DNA of 64,000 nt from a virus: the IMG/VR virus record IMGVR_UViG_3300016665_000370, positions 1-64,000 of that record. One strand, 5' to 3'. Of the stretch, positions 1 to 9,287 are shown piece after piece. Made by a program: the position numbers and the translations under genes. Under the pieces are notes generated by a model. The model searched no databases. It was given only the letters and a program-made list of their open reading frames with translations, and was not told the DNA's origin. Position 1 is the first letter of the stretch; the number at the start of each line of letters is the position of its first letter.

Positions 1-407
1 TTAGGGTGGGGTGATTCACTATCTATAAATTTAAAAGACAAAGAATCCAAAGAAGGTTTGCCAAATAATTTATTATCAATTTCGGAGAATTTGTATTTTG
101 AATATTTGATAGTGAAATCAAATTTGCAATCGAAGCATTTTCGGACAAAGTTTACAGATTTATAATTGATAAAGAATCCAGAGTTTTGAGTTCTACTTAT
201 TTGGAATTCATCGGAATTGAGATTAATTCTGGCATAATTGAAGTATTTAGGATCTGAATTAAAGACGAGATAATTATCTTGTATATTGAATCCTGTATTA
301 ATTTTTGTCAATGCGAGTTCAAAAGAAAGAATTAAATTAGATTTGCAAAAGATGCAAGTTTTATTTAATTTTAGAATATCTTTTGTAGATGATATTGGAA
401 CTATCAC
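1..407 (-). CDS. Hypothetical protein with two CxxC motifs; partial, runs off the left edge
   Basis: Not in the ORF track. The minus-strand frame is open from a GTG at 407 to the window edge: MIVPISSTKDILKLNKTCIFCKSNL...RKCFDCKFDF... Confidence 0.55.
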   Translation of the reverse strand, partial: MIVPISSTKDILKLNKTCIFCKSNLILSFELALTKINTGFNIQDNYLVFNSDPKYFNYARINLNSDEFQISRTQNSGFFINYKSVNFVRKCFDCKFDFTIKYSKYKFSEIDNKLFGKPSLDSLSFKFIDSESPHP

Positions 408-455
408 AAAATAATTTCTGAATATGTATGTACTGCGGAGTATATTTGATGAGCC

Positions 456-797
456 ATGTATTTTAAAGACAGCAAAGCATTAGAAATATTAAACAAGAAA
501 GAATCAAAAAATTATATTAAAGCATGTGAAAGTAATTTAGAAGAATGTTTAAATTATAGAATAATAGATTTTGATAAATATTATATAAACAATAAAATAA
601 TGAATGAAAGACATGTCTTTCATTTAAAAGAAAAAATAGAAATATACAATCCTGTATTTTGCAAGACTGATATTATATATAAAAACATTGATAAGATTAA
701 ATATTTTGATTTAGATTTAAAAAACTTAACAAAAGAAGAAGCAATGTTTTTATTAAAATATTTTAGTAAAAATGGAGTATTAGATATTTTTATTTAA
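456..797 (+). CDS. Hypothetical protein
   Basis: 113-aa ORF, no recognisable motif. Confidence 0.6.
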   Translation: MYFKDSKALEILNKKESKNYIKACESNLEECLNYRIIDFDKYYINNKIMNERHVFHLKEKIEIYNPVFCKTDIIYKNIDKIKYFDLDLKNLTKEEAMFLLKYFSKNGVLDIFI

Positions 798-1593
798 CTT
801 CGGAAACTGAAGCTGGAGAATTTAAAACTTTATTTACTTGATTTTCTAAAAGATTTAGTTGACGTAAATATTGCATATATAATTTAAGACCTATTTTTGT
901 ATTTATAGACTCTAATTGGTTTTTTAATTTTTTAATTTGTTCTGGGGATTTATTTGGAGAGGATATTAAGTTATTTAAATCTGCTTTAAACTTATCATGA
1001 GCCTCATTTAATCCAACAGTATTTGTCATTATCTCTTCTGTATCTGATCTGTGAGGTTTATCCCAAACTCCTCTTTTTTCAGAATATCTAATAACTTCTG
1101 AATTTAATAAATTTGATACTTCAAATAAATCAGCTCTAGCTTTTACTATTAATTGACTTACTCTTTCATCTTCGCCAGTATAATTAACATTTATTATACT
1201 CAAATCTGCTAAAATATTTCTTATTTTTGAAGATAAGCCATATGCTTTTAATGAGGAAAATTTCATACCATCTTGAGTATTTATAGTTGAAGCAAATGAT
1301 TTGGCTAAATTTAATGCTTGTTCTAGTTTTCTTTTATCTTCTTTAAATAATTCATCGCTTTCAATTAAATTTGAAATTCTACTTGATGTTAATGCAGAAA
1401 CTGATTTTTCTGCATTGAATAATTTTGCTCTAAATTTAGAAATTAAATCTCTTAATCCTTCAAAATTAACAGTAAGTGGAGATAATTCTTCTCCAGTTGA
1501 TTGGGCATATTTTTTCAAAAAACTTCTATTAGGGTTTTTTGCATTTTTTGCAAACTGATTAGCTTTGTTTAAAATTTCTTTAAATTTGTTCAT
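790..1593 (-). CDS. Hypothetical helical protein (possible internal virion protein)
   Basis: 267-aa ORF with a GGAG RBS upstream; helical, K/L/E-rich. Confidence 0.7.
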   Translation of the reverse strand: MNKFKEILNKANQFAKNAKNPNRSFLKKYAQSTGEELSPLTVNFEGLRDLISKFRAKLFNAEKSVSALTSSRISNLIESDELFKEDKRKLEQALNLAKSFASTINTQDGMKFSSLKAYGLSSKIRNILADLSIINVNYTGEDERVSQLIVKARADLFEVSNLLNSEVIRYSEKRGVWDKPHRSDTEEIMTNTVGLNEAHDKFKADLNNLISSPNKSPEQIKKLKNQLESINTKIGLKLYMQYLRQLNLLENQVNKVLNSPASVSEVK

Positions 1594-1615
1594 ATTTCTC
1601 CGGGTCTATATATTA

Positions 1616-1966
1616 TTATATTAATTTACCATTTTCTAAAAATAATTTATGAATATACATACGATCTACTTGAACAGTAAGTCCAGTTGGACCAAAATTA
1701 TTTTTTAAAATATAAGCTAATCCTAATTTTACATATAAAACAACATCAGCCTTATCTCTATTTTCTGTAATTTGAAAATCATTTAATAAAACCAACAATC
1801 TTCCTCCAGAATTGTATCCATCAATTCCAGAATAGCCATCATTTATATATTCATTAAAAGAATTAAAATCTAAAGTTTCTGTAATAAACAATTGTCTTTG
1901 AATTGTTTCTAAAACTTGAGAACTTATATTAGAGTTTACAAATATAATTCCTTCAGGATAATTCAT
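1616..1966 (-). CDS. Hypothetical protein with tandem DGY motifs
   Basis: 116 aa; contains NDGYSGIDGYNSG; coupled to the upstream gene by overlap. Confidence 0.7.
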   Translation of the reverse strand: MNYPEGIIFVNSNISSQVLETIQRQLFITETLDFNSFNEYINDGYSGIDGYNSGGRLLVLLNDFQITENRDKADVVLYVKLGLAYILKNNFGPTGLTVQVDRMYIHKLFLENGKLI

Positions 1967-2277
1967 TTTACTTTTATATTCTTTAGAGCATTTTTTAAAC
2001 TTATTGTTTCTTGAATAGAAGATTGATTTTTCTTAACATTTGGATTATTAAAAAACTTTAATATATTATCAAGAACAACAAGCATTATATTTTTATAAAA
2101 TATTCCAGTAGAACTGTTAATTCCTTGAAAAGATTTTAATATTGGATTAATCAAAGATTGATAATTTTTGCCAGAATAAAATAATTCTGGATTTTGTTCA
2201 ATAGAATTAACCAAATCATTTAATTTTGCATAAATGTTTTGTAGATTCAATTCTTGTGCAATTTTTGTAAAAATCAT
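1963..2277 (-). CDS. Hypothetical protein with N-terminal KIAQ motif
   Basis: 104 aa, starts MIFTKIAQ. Confidence 0.65.
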   Translation of the reverse strand: MIFTKIAQELNLQNIYAKLNDLVNSIEQNPELFYSGKNYQSLINPILKSFQGINSSTGIFYKNIMLVVLDNILKFFNNPNVKKNQSSIQETISLKNALKNIKVK

Positions 2278-2314
2278 AAAATAATATCTTTTAATTGATT
2301 TTACAATTCGGCGC

Positions 2315-2342
2315 TTGACGGGAATTCATGGCGATTTAGATT
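2315..2342 (+). promoter_or_regulatory. Sigma70-like promoter for the dUTPase operon (probably leaderless)
   Basis: TTGACG-N16-TAGATT in a divergent intergenic gap, 6 nt before the ATG at 2349. Confidence 0.55.
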
Positions 2343-2348
2343 GTATGC

Positions 2349-2831
2349 ATGACGGACCTACCAAAATACAAATTTGCGCTACGAAATGACATTAAAAATT
2401 GCAAAGAATTTTTACCAAAACAATCAGAAAGGGATGCTACAGGATATGATGTTCGATGCGCTGCAAAAGATGGCGTAATCATGAATAACGGAGACATTGT
2501 AAAGATTCCTCTTGGAATCAGAGCATATTGTCCAGATGGATGGTGGCTTGAGCTTAATCCAAGAAGCTCAACGTTTTTAAAACGAGAATTAATTACACTA
2601 GTTGGTATCATTGATCAATCATTTCCAGAAGAGCTACATTTAGTTGGGAAGTTTTTCAGCAATACAAAACCATTTCTTAAAATTGAATTTGGAGATCTAA
2701 TTGGACAGCTAGTTCCAGTAAAACTCCAAAGAATGGAAGTAGAAGAATTTACCAACGAAGAAATGGATGAAGCAATTAAAGAAAGAAATGCTGAAAGAAA
2801 ATCAGGTTTCGGAAGTACAGGAGTACGATGA
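2349..2831 (+). CDS. dut: dUTPase (trimeric)
   Basis: Motifs ATGYDV, PRSS, GIID, GQLV and C-terminal RKSGFGSTG. Confidence 0.95.
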   Translation: MTDLPKYKFALRNDIKNCKEFLPKQSERDATGYDVRCAAKDGVIMNNGDIVKIPLGIRAYCPDGWWLELNPRSSTFLKRELITLVGIIDQSFPEELHLVGKFFSNTKPFLKIEFGDLIGQLVPVKLQRMEVEEFTNEEMDEAIKERNAERKSGFGSTGVR

Positions 2832-3430
2832 ATACAAAAAATTTTGCAGAAAAATTAGATATAGAATATTCTTTCGTAAAAGAAGAATTACAAAAAATAA
2901 ATAATATAAATTCCAAATCAAATTGGATTCAAACTTTTTTAAAAAAGAAATTTTATCCAACAAATCCAAATATAGAAGATATCTGCATAGAAGACATTGC
3001 ACATGCATTATCCATGCAATGTAGATTTTCAGGACATATAAATGAATTTTATTCAGTAGCACAACATTCAGTATATGTATCTTATATATGTAATAGCCAT
3101 CTTTCTGGACTATTGCATGATGCAAGTGAAGCATATCTTGTAGATATTCCAAAACCACTCAAAGTAATGAATGAATTTTCTGAATATAGAAAAATTGAAA
3201 ATAAACTTCAAACAATGATTTATAAGAAGTTTGATCTTCCTGAAACAGAATTAGATAATGTAAAGGATGCTGATTTAAAAATGCTAGCAACAGAAGCAAG
3301 AGATTTATTTTCTGGCTTGCATCCAGAATGGAAATGCCCAACAAATCCATTGCCATTTAAAATAATGCCAGTTGGACCTAAAGAAGCAGAAAAAATGTTT
3401 TTAGATAGGTTTAAAGAATTATATGAATGA
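2828..3430 (+). CDS. HD-domain phosphohydrolase (5'-deoxynucleotidase-like)
   Basis: IEDIAHALS..CRFSGH, YSVAQHS, LLHDASEAY, ADLKMLATE. Confidence 0.9.
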   Translation: MNTKNFAEKLDIEYSFVKEELQKINNINSKSNWIQTFLKKKFYPTNPNIEDICIEDIAHALSMQCRFSGHINEFYSVAQHSVYVSYICNSHLSGLLHDASEAYLVDIPKPLKVMNEFSEYRKIENKLQTMIYKKFDLPETELDNVKDADLKMLATEARDLFSGLHPEWKCPTNPLPFKIMPVGPKEAEKMFLDRFKELYE

Positions 3431-3650
3431 TATGAAGAAATTAAAAAAATATTCTGTTGTTATTGAAGCAAATGTTCCTGCATTATTATTCTATGAGATT
3501 CTTGCAGAATCTCCCGAAGAAGCAGAACAATTAATAAAAACAAAATCTCCAACAAAGATAGAATATAAAATAAAAAAGAAAAAAAGTATCTTTATAAAGA
3601 TTTATGAATTTGGAACTTGCATGTTACATAAATCAAAATCATTACTATGA
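3423..3650 (+). CDS. Hypothetical protein
   Basis: 75-aa ORF with overlapping start/stop junctions inside the operon. Confidence 0.65.
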   Translation: MNDMKKLKKYSVVIEANVPALLFYEILAESPEEAEQLIKTKSPTKIEYKIKKKKSIFIKIYEFGTCMLHKSKSLL

Positions 3651-4111
3651 GCGTACTAATTTATAGCTTATATAAAAAAGAAAATAAAATATATACAAAA
3701 TACAAGATAGACAAAAATACTCCAATTATAGAATTTTCAGGAACTATTTTCTATGGAGAAAAAAAGTACTCAGAAAATGAATTATTGGATTTACCAAAAG
3801 ATAAATATCTTGGACCTTCTGGAAATCTTGATGATTGTATAAGACATTCTTGCAATCCAAATACAAGAATAGAAATTGTAAATACAAGAGCTTTTTTGTA
3901 TTCAATAAAAACAATAAAAGCAAATGAAGAAATAACATTTGATTATTCTACAATTATAAAATCAGACAATACATTTGATTGCAATTGTAAAAATTATAAT
4001 TGTAGAAAAGTTATTTCCAATATTAAAAGTTTTAATAAAGAATTATTAGAAAAATATAAGAATCAAAAAATGATCCCAACATTTATACTGGAGCATTATG
4101 AGCGAAATTAA
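3647..4111 (+). CDS. SET-domain protein-lysine methyltransferase with post-SET Cys cluster
   Basis: RHSCNPN, EEITFDY, post-SET CNCKNYNCRK. Confidence 0.88.
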   Translation: MSVLIYSLYKKENKIYTKYKIDKNTPIIEFSGTIFYGEKKYSENELLDLPKDKYLGPSGNLDDCIRHSCNPNTRIEIVNTRAFLYSIKTIKANEEITFDYSTIIKSDNTFDCNCKNYNCRKVISNIKSFNKELLEKYKNQKMIPTFILEHYERN

Positions 4112-4727
4112 ATATTATGTATTAGATACAGAAACAACAGGATTATCACCAAAGATTCATGAAATTACAGAGTTTTCTATTATTAGATTTTCTGATAAAG
4201 TAAATCTTTATAAATCAGTAAAATGTGATAGACCAGAATCTGCATCTATAGATGCATTAAGAATTACAAATAAGACATTACATGATCTAAAAACAGGAAT
4301 GAGTAAATTAGAAGCATGTAATATTTTAGAAAAATTCTTAAATGAAGATGGAACTACATCCAAAGCAAGATGCATTGTTGGACATAATATTCAATTTGAT
4401 AGAAATTTTTTAATTGCAATGTTTGAAGAATGCGGAAAAGTATTTCCAGCAGATTTATGGCTCGATACTTTACAAATGACAAGAGACATTTTAAAAAATC
4501 AAGGATCAAATACAAAAGGAAGATTAAAGCTAGCAGATGCTTGTACGTCAATGGGCGTTAAATTAATTAATGGAGCCCATCAAGCTACAGTAGATAGCAG
4601 AAATACATTCTTACTATGGAGGAAAATTAAAGAATCAAATTTTGATTATTTAAAATATATAAAGAATATTCCTCATAAGCAAACCCAATTTAACGTTGAT
4701 GAATTGCTAGAAGAGTTAAATGACTAA
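4098..4727 (+). CDS. DEDDh 3'-5' exonuclease (DnaQ-like)
   Basis: LDTETTG, GHNIQFD, AHQATVD. Confidence 0.92.
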   Translation: MSEIKYYVLDTETTGLSPKIHEITEFSIIRFSDKVNLYKSVKCDRPESASIDALRITNKTLHDLKTGMSKLEACNILEKFLNEDGTTSKARCIVGHNIQFDRNFLIAMFEECGKVFPADLWLDTLQMTRDILKNQGSNTKGRLKLADACTSMGVKLINGAHQATVDSRNTFLLWRKIKESNFDYLKYIKNIPHKQTQFNVDELLEELND

Positions 4728-5265
4728 ATTGTTTTTTAAAACAAAAAAAGTAGAAAAAGATAAAGTATTTCTATGTAGAGTAAATGGCGATAATTTTATT
4801 GGAGAAATAATTTCTTATTGCGATTTAGTTTCCATAGAAAAAAACAAACATCTAAAAAGAACTTGGATAGATCTTTTTGGAAGTACAATTAAATTTAATT
4901 TCAAAGCTCCAGTTGAAATAAAGCATGGAGCAATAATAAAGCCAGAATATGGAAATCTATATTCTGGCTTAAGCTTTGATAACGTATTAAAATTAACAGA
5001 AAAGATGTGTATTGTAAAAGATAATGATTTTACACTTTACAACTGCATGTGTATAGACATGAAGATTAGATCATTCTTATTTATGAATGATAAAATTTAT
5101 AAAGTAAGTTCATTATTATTAGGATATGAAAATTTAAAAGAATTTATTAAGAATAAGAATATTTTACATTGGTATTCAAGAAAAACAAATTTATTTAATT
5201 CATCTGAGCAAGATATTTATTTTAGTATTTATCCATTTCCAAATGATTTATTAGGAAAATTTTAA
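4720..5265 (+). CDS. Hypothetical protein
   Basis: 181-aa ORF overlapping the previous stop. Confidence 0.6.
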   Translation: MTKLFFKTKKVEKDKVFLCRVNGDNFIGEIISYCDLVSIEKNKHLKRTWIDLFGSTIKFNFKAPVEIKHGAIIKPEYGNLYSGLSFDNVLKLTEKMCIVKDNDFTLYNCMCIDMKIRSFLFMNDKIYKVSSLLLGYENLKEFIKNKNILHWYSRKTNLFNSSEQDIYFSIYPFPNDLLGKF

Positions 5266-6441
5266 ATATTTGTTTATTATATTCAGCAAATTATTTTGTG
5301 GTTTTGTTTCAACTTGCTGAACCTGTTGAGGTTGTGGTTGAGATTCTTGTTGGGAGCCTTTAATAAATACAGAGACTCCTTTATGCCAACCAATTGGACC
5401 TCCTTTAAATCCAGGAGGATGATAATGGGGTTCAAGGGCAAACATATAATCTTTGCCATTAATTGTTTCAAAAATCTTATCGCCCATATTTTTGGACAAT
5501 AGTTCTTTTGCCCTCTGCGTGACTTCGCTTGGCACTCTGCCCTTGAGCCTGGAGTAGCCATCGATAGATTGTGTAGGAATTGCTGGAGAATTCTGTGGTG
5601 ATTTCTCGCCATCGGTCTTGTCCGGCTCTGGAGAGTTATCAAGCTTATAAGATGTTGAAATTAATTTTTCATAAGATACCAAAGAATGTAATTGAGGATT
5701 TTTTAAGACTTCCTCAATATTCATATTTTGAATTGATCCTTTAATATTTACAGAGCAAGATTTATCAACCAATCTTACGCTATGGCTATAATCATAATAA
5801 GCAGCTTCATGGAATGTTGATTCTGGTTGAATTGGTTTATCATTCATATGCCAGCCATAGATATTTACTCTATCTGGTTTATTGGATAATTTATTTCCAA
5901 TAACAACATCTTTTTTAATTCCAGAGACCAAATCTCCAGGTTTATGATTTAATCTAGCTAATTGCCTTTCAATCATTCTATTATGTTCTTCTAAAGAATC
6001 TGCATGTTGCATTTTTAATTGTATAAAATCTTTGCCTGTATATTTTTTGCCGGACACGGTAGCTCCACCAGACATTGGAGCTGGTTGAGCTTTTGTTTTG
6101 GCTTGGCTATGAATTTGATCAACCATTTTTTTGGTTGGTAAAATACAATTAAATAAATTTGCAATTCTTTGAGATGTTGGACCATCGCAAGATATTCTAA
6201 CATAATCTTGATCAGATCCAATAGACATATAATCAGGAGAAACAAAATAAGTAATAGAAATATCATTTTCTTGAACTTTAATAGGAACAAACTTTCTTAA
6301 AAAAGAAGGAAAGTTTCCTTGTTTAATTTGTTCAATAATAAGATCATTTCTTTTAGGAGAACCTGATTTAAAATTAGATATTAATTGTATAAATTGAGAT
6401 CCTGAAATTGCATCAGATTTTCTACTTGGGAAATTAGGCAT
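5251..6441 (-). CDS. Uncharacterised two-domain protein, paralogue of 7602..8300
   Basis: Shares LPTKKMVDQI, KKDVV, IYGWH, PIQ and H...YYDY.H..RL with 7602..8300; extra C-terminal EPHYHPPG..GP.GWHKGVSVF domain. Confidence 0.8.
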   Translation of the reverse strand: MPNFPSRKSDAISGSQFIQLISNFKSGSPKRNDLIIEQIKQGNFPSFLRKFVPIKVQENDISITYFVSPDYMSIGSDQDYVRISCDGPTSQRIANLFNCILPTKKMVDQIHSQAKTKAQPAPMSGGATVSGKKYTGKDFIQLKMQHADSLEEHNRMIERQLARLNHKPGDLVSGIKKDVVIGNKLSNKPDRVNIYGWHMNDKPIQPESTFHEAAYYDYSHSVRLVDKSCSVNIKGSIQNMNIEEVLKNPQLHSLVSYEKLISTSYKLDNSPEPDKTDGEKSPQNSPAIPTQSIDGYSRLKGRVPSEVTQRAKELLSKNMGDKIFETINGKDYMFALEPHYHPPGFKGGPIGWHKGVSVFIKGSQQESQPQPQQVQQVETKPQNNLLNIINKYLKFS

Positions 6442-6498
6442 ACAAGTATGCTATTATTTTGAACGATTAAATGTGTTTTTTTAGCAAATCATCTGCAT

Positions 6499-7587
6499 TT
6501 AGCTGCCCGCCCAAGGATTATTTGTGGTTGGTTTATTTGGATCTTCTTCTTTTTCTGTTATTTGATATGTTTTTGATCCCCAAGGCATACTTTCAGTTGG
6601 TTTATCTTCAACTTTTTTCTTTTTATCTTGTGGGTCACCCATCGACATTGAAAGTTGAACTAAATCATTTAATTTGCTATATGATCCAAATGTTATTGGC
6701 ATTTTTGATCGTATTAAGTCTTTGTTTAATATTGAATATAATGGAGTATAAAATCTATAAAATTGGGCTAATTGACTACGAAGATTTACTTTTTTTTCTT
6801 TAATATAATTTTCTACTTCACCCAATTTAGAATTAATTCTTGCTGCTTGAACAGCATTTTCTATATTTGATAAAGAAGTTGATACTTGTGCATCATTTAA
6901 TTTATGATAATTTTCTAATAAATAAGTTAAACTATTAAAAGCTTTATTATAAGCAATATTTAAATCACTTAATGGTTTTATTATATTTTGTCTTGCAGGT
7001 TTACTGTACAATGCATTTGGATCAGAGAATGTAATTTCTTCATCATCATCCTTACCTCTCCTTGATAAATTTTCCCAACGCAAAGAGTATCTATTATCTT
7101 CTTCATTTTTTTCTTTAATATATTGATTTACTACTGCAAATGAATGGGCATATATTGCATATTTATCATTACCTAAAACAGATCGGAAAAATCCACCAGC
7201 TTCATTAAATAAAAAGTCTGTATTTTTAACTGATTTATATGTTGGATTGTCTGGATCTTCAGAAAGTGCTATTGAATTTTTATTTTGTAATTCACCTAAT
7301 GTTTGTAAATGTGTTATTGCTGCTTGAAAAAAACCTACAAGACGTTCTGGTATGTTAATATTAGTTTGATACCATCCAAATTTTGGATATTTATGTGGTA
7401 CTTTATCATTCTCTTTTGAGAATTTTGCATCAATTTCATTAATTCTAAGAAGTATTTGATCTTTTACTTGTTCTAAGAGTTTATAATTTCTTTCAAAACT
7501 ATCTCGTGAAATAGTTTCTACTTTTCTTGGCTCATATCCAGGATGAAGTTCTTGAGCTATTTTATACAAAGTTTTTTTACTAAACAT
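6499..7587 (-). CDS. Hypothetical protein with N-terminal KIAQ motif (possible internal virion protein)
   Basis: 362 aa, starts MFSKKTLYKIAQ. Confidence 0.75.
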   Translation of the reverse strand: MFSKKTLYKIAQELHPGYEPRKVETISRDSFERNYKLLEQVKDQILLRINEIDAKFSKENDKVPHKYPKFGWYQTNINIPERLVGFFQAAITHLQTLGELQNKNSIALSEDPDNPTYKSVKNTDFLFNEAGGFFRSVLGNDKYAIYAHSFAVVNQYIKEKNEEDNRYSLRWENLSRRGKDDDEEITFSDPNALYSKPARQNIIKPLSDLNIAYNKAFNSLTYLLENYHKLNDAQVSTSLSNIENAVQAARINSKLGEVENYIKEKKVNLRSQLAQFYRFYTPLYSILNKDLIRSKMPITFGSYSKLNDLVQLSMSMGDPQDKKKKVEDKPTESMPWGSKTYQITEKEEDPNKPTTNNPWAGS

Positions 7588-7601
7588 AAATTAATAATAT
7601 T

Positions 7602-8300
7602 TTAATATCTTAGAAAATTTAATTTACCTTCATCAGATAATAAATAAGAATCATTAGATTTTAGAACTTCTAAAATATCAACTACATTTCCATTTAAAGT
7701 ACAATCTCTTGCAATTAATCTTGTACCATGAGCATAATCATAATAAGTTATTTCATGACTGCTTGCATTTGGAATTGGTCCTTGAATTGGAGAGTTATTT
7801 GTTCCATGCCATCCATAAATAGCAACTCTTTGTTTAGGATTATTTGGAGAAAGTCTATTTGTTAATACTACATCTTTTTTATGTCCTGCCAACAACAATG
7901 ATCTATCTTTATTTTCTAAAAATTTATTTATTTTATTTGAAATATTAATAATTTCTTTCATAGAATACATAGAAGAATCATAAGGCGGACCTTTTGGATA
8001 TTGTGGAATTTTAATATCTGAAGCTTTATAAATTTGATCTACCATTTTTTTAGTAGGTAAGGTACAATAAAATTCATCCATAAATTTCTGAGCAGTTACT
8101 CCAGAAAATGGAATGATAATATCATCAATAGAAACATAATCATTGCTAACTAAATAAGTAATTACATTTCCTTTTTCTTCTATTGTTATTGGTTTAAAAT
8201 TATTTAAAGAACATTTGTTTTTAATTGCAAATTCTAAACATAACTCATCTCTTTTTATATAATTCTCATTTTCTATAGATTTTAAAAATTCTAAACTCAT
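7602..8300 (-). CDS. Uncharacterised protein, paralogue of the N-terminal domain of 5251..6441
   Basis: CTLPTKKMVDQI, AGHKKDVV, VAIYGWH, HEITYYDYAHGTRL. Confidence 0.8.
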   Translation of the reverse strand: MSLEFLKSIENENYIKRDELCLEFAIKNKCSLNNFKPITIEEKGNVITYLVSNDYVSIDDIIIPFSGVTAQKFMDEFYCTLPTKKMVDQIYKASDIKIPQYPKGPPYDSSMYSMKEIINISNKINKFLENKDRSLLLAGHKKDVVLTNRLSPNNPKQRVAIYGWHGTNNSPIQGPIPNASSHEITYYDYAHGTRLIARDCTLNGNVVDILEVLKSNDSYLLSDEGKLNFLRY

Positions 8301-8327
8301 ATTGCCTCGTTATTAAAATATTCTTTT

Positions 8328-9287
8328 ATGTTAAAGATATCAAATAAAATAATAGAAAAGGTAAAACAAGAGCTTGATGATCAAGCTAAGGTTAAACCAA
8401 CTCAACCTGAGTTTTTAAAAAATGATCCATTATTTAAAAAAATAATAAAAGAAAAATTTGATTTAGATATTAGTAATTTTTTAGGAATGGGGCAATATAA
8501 TGTTGCTTATGAAAAAAATAACTTAATATTTAAATTTACAAAAAATAAAAATGATATTTTAAAAACAATTGCTATTTCTTCTTTAAGATATGAATTACCA
8601 GAAGAGTTTCATAAACATATTTTATATGTTGAGGATTTCGGATCTTTTAAATTAAAAGGAGTTGAAATTTATTATATAATAGCAGAAAAATTATTTGAGT
8701 TATCTATGGTTGAAAAATCTTTATTATTAAAAAACGAAGCTTATGCAGATTTAGGATTTTTTACTACAACGATATTGACAGAAGAAAACTTTAATAAAAT
8801 AATAGAAATTATAAATGCTAATGTATCAGTTAATTTGACAGAAATTATTGATGGAGTTAGAAAAGCAGAATTAATGTCAATTATTACCAAAAAATTAGAT
8901 GAGAATAATTTTGGTAAAACTGATTTTGGAAGATTATCAAAAGAAGAATATATACAAAAAATGGTAGATAATTCAAGAACATTCTCAGGAATTATTGTTA
9001 CTTCTTTTATTAAATATGTAAAAGATAAATTTAAAGAAAGATTATTAATTAATAATATACAAAAAGTTGTTGATGATATTGGAAAAATCTATTTAATAGA
9101 TAAAAGATTTCCTAAAAATTATAAACAAAAACAAATAATAAAAGGATTTGGAAAAGAATTATTTGAATTCTTAAATATATTAAAAGAAAAAGGAATTTAC
9201 TTCTCAGATACTCATACAAGCAATATTATGAAAAGAAAAAATGGAGATTTAGTATTATCTGATGTTGGATTATTCGTATTCGTTTAA
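8328..9287 (+). CDS. Protein kinase-like protein with a large insertion
   Basis: Gly-loop LGMGQYNVAY, Lys in IFKF, catalytic loop DTHTSNIM, DFG-equivalent SDVG. Confidence 0.75.
   Translation: MLKISNKIIEKVKQELDDQAKVKPTQPEFLKNDPLFKKIIKEKFDLDISNFLGMGQYNVAYEKNNLIFKFTKNKNDILKTIAISSLRYELPEEFHKHILYVEDFGSFKLKGVEIYYIIAEKLFELSMVEKSLLLKNEAYADLGFFTTTILTEENFNKIIEIINANVSVNLTEIIDGVRKAELMSIITKKLDENNFGKTDFGRLSKEEYIQKMVDNSRTFSGIIVTSFIKYVKDKFKERLLINNIQKVVDDIGKIYLIDKRFPKNYKQKQIIKGFGKELFEFLNILKEKGIYFSDTHTSNIMKRKNGDLVLSDVGLFVFV

Noticed and set aside
1301-6803. Short antisense or off-frame ORFs (1301, 2336, 2802, 3159, 3744, 4354, 5283, 5296, 6015, 6471)
   Set aside because: They overlap longer or motif-supported genes and show shadow-ORF composition. 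The DGY in 2802..3158 was not counted.
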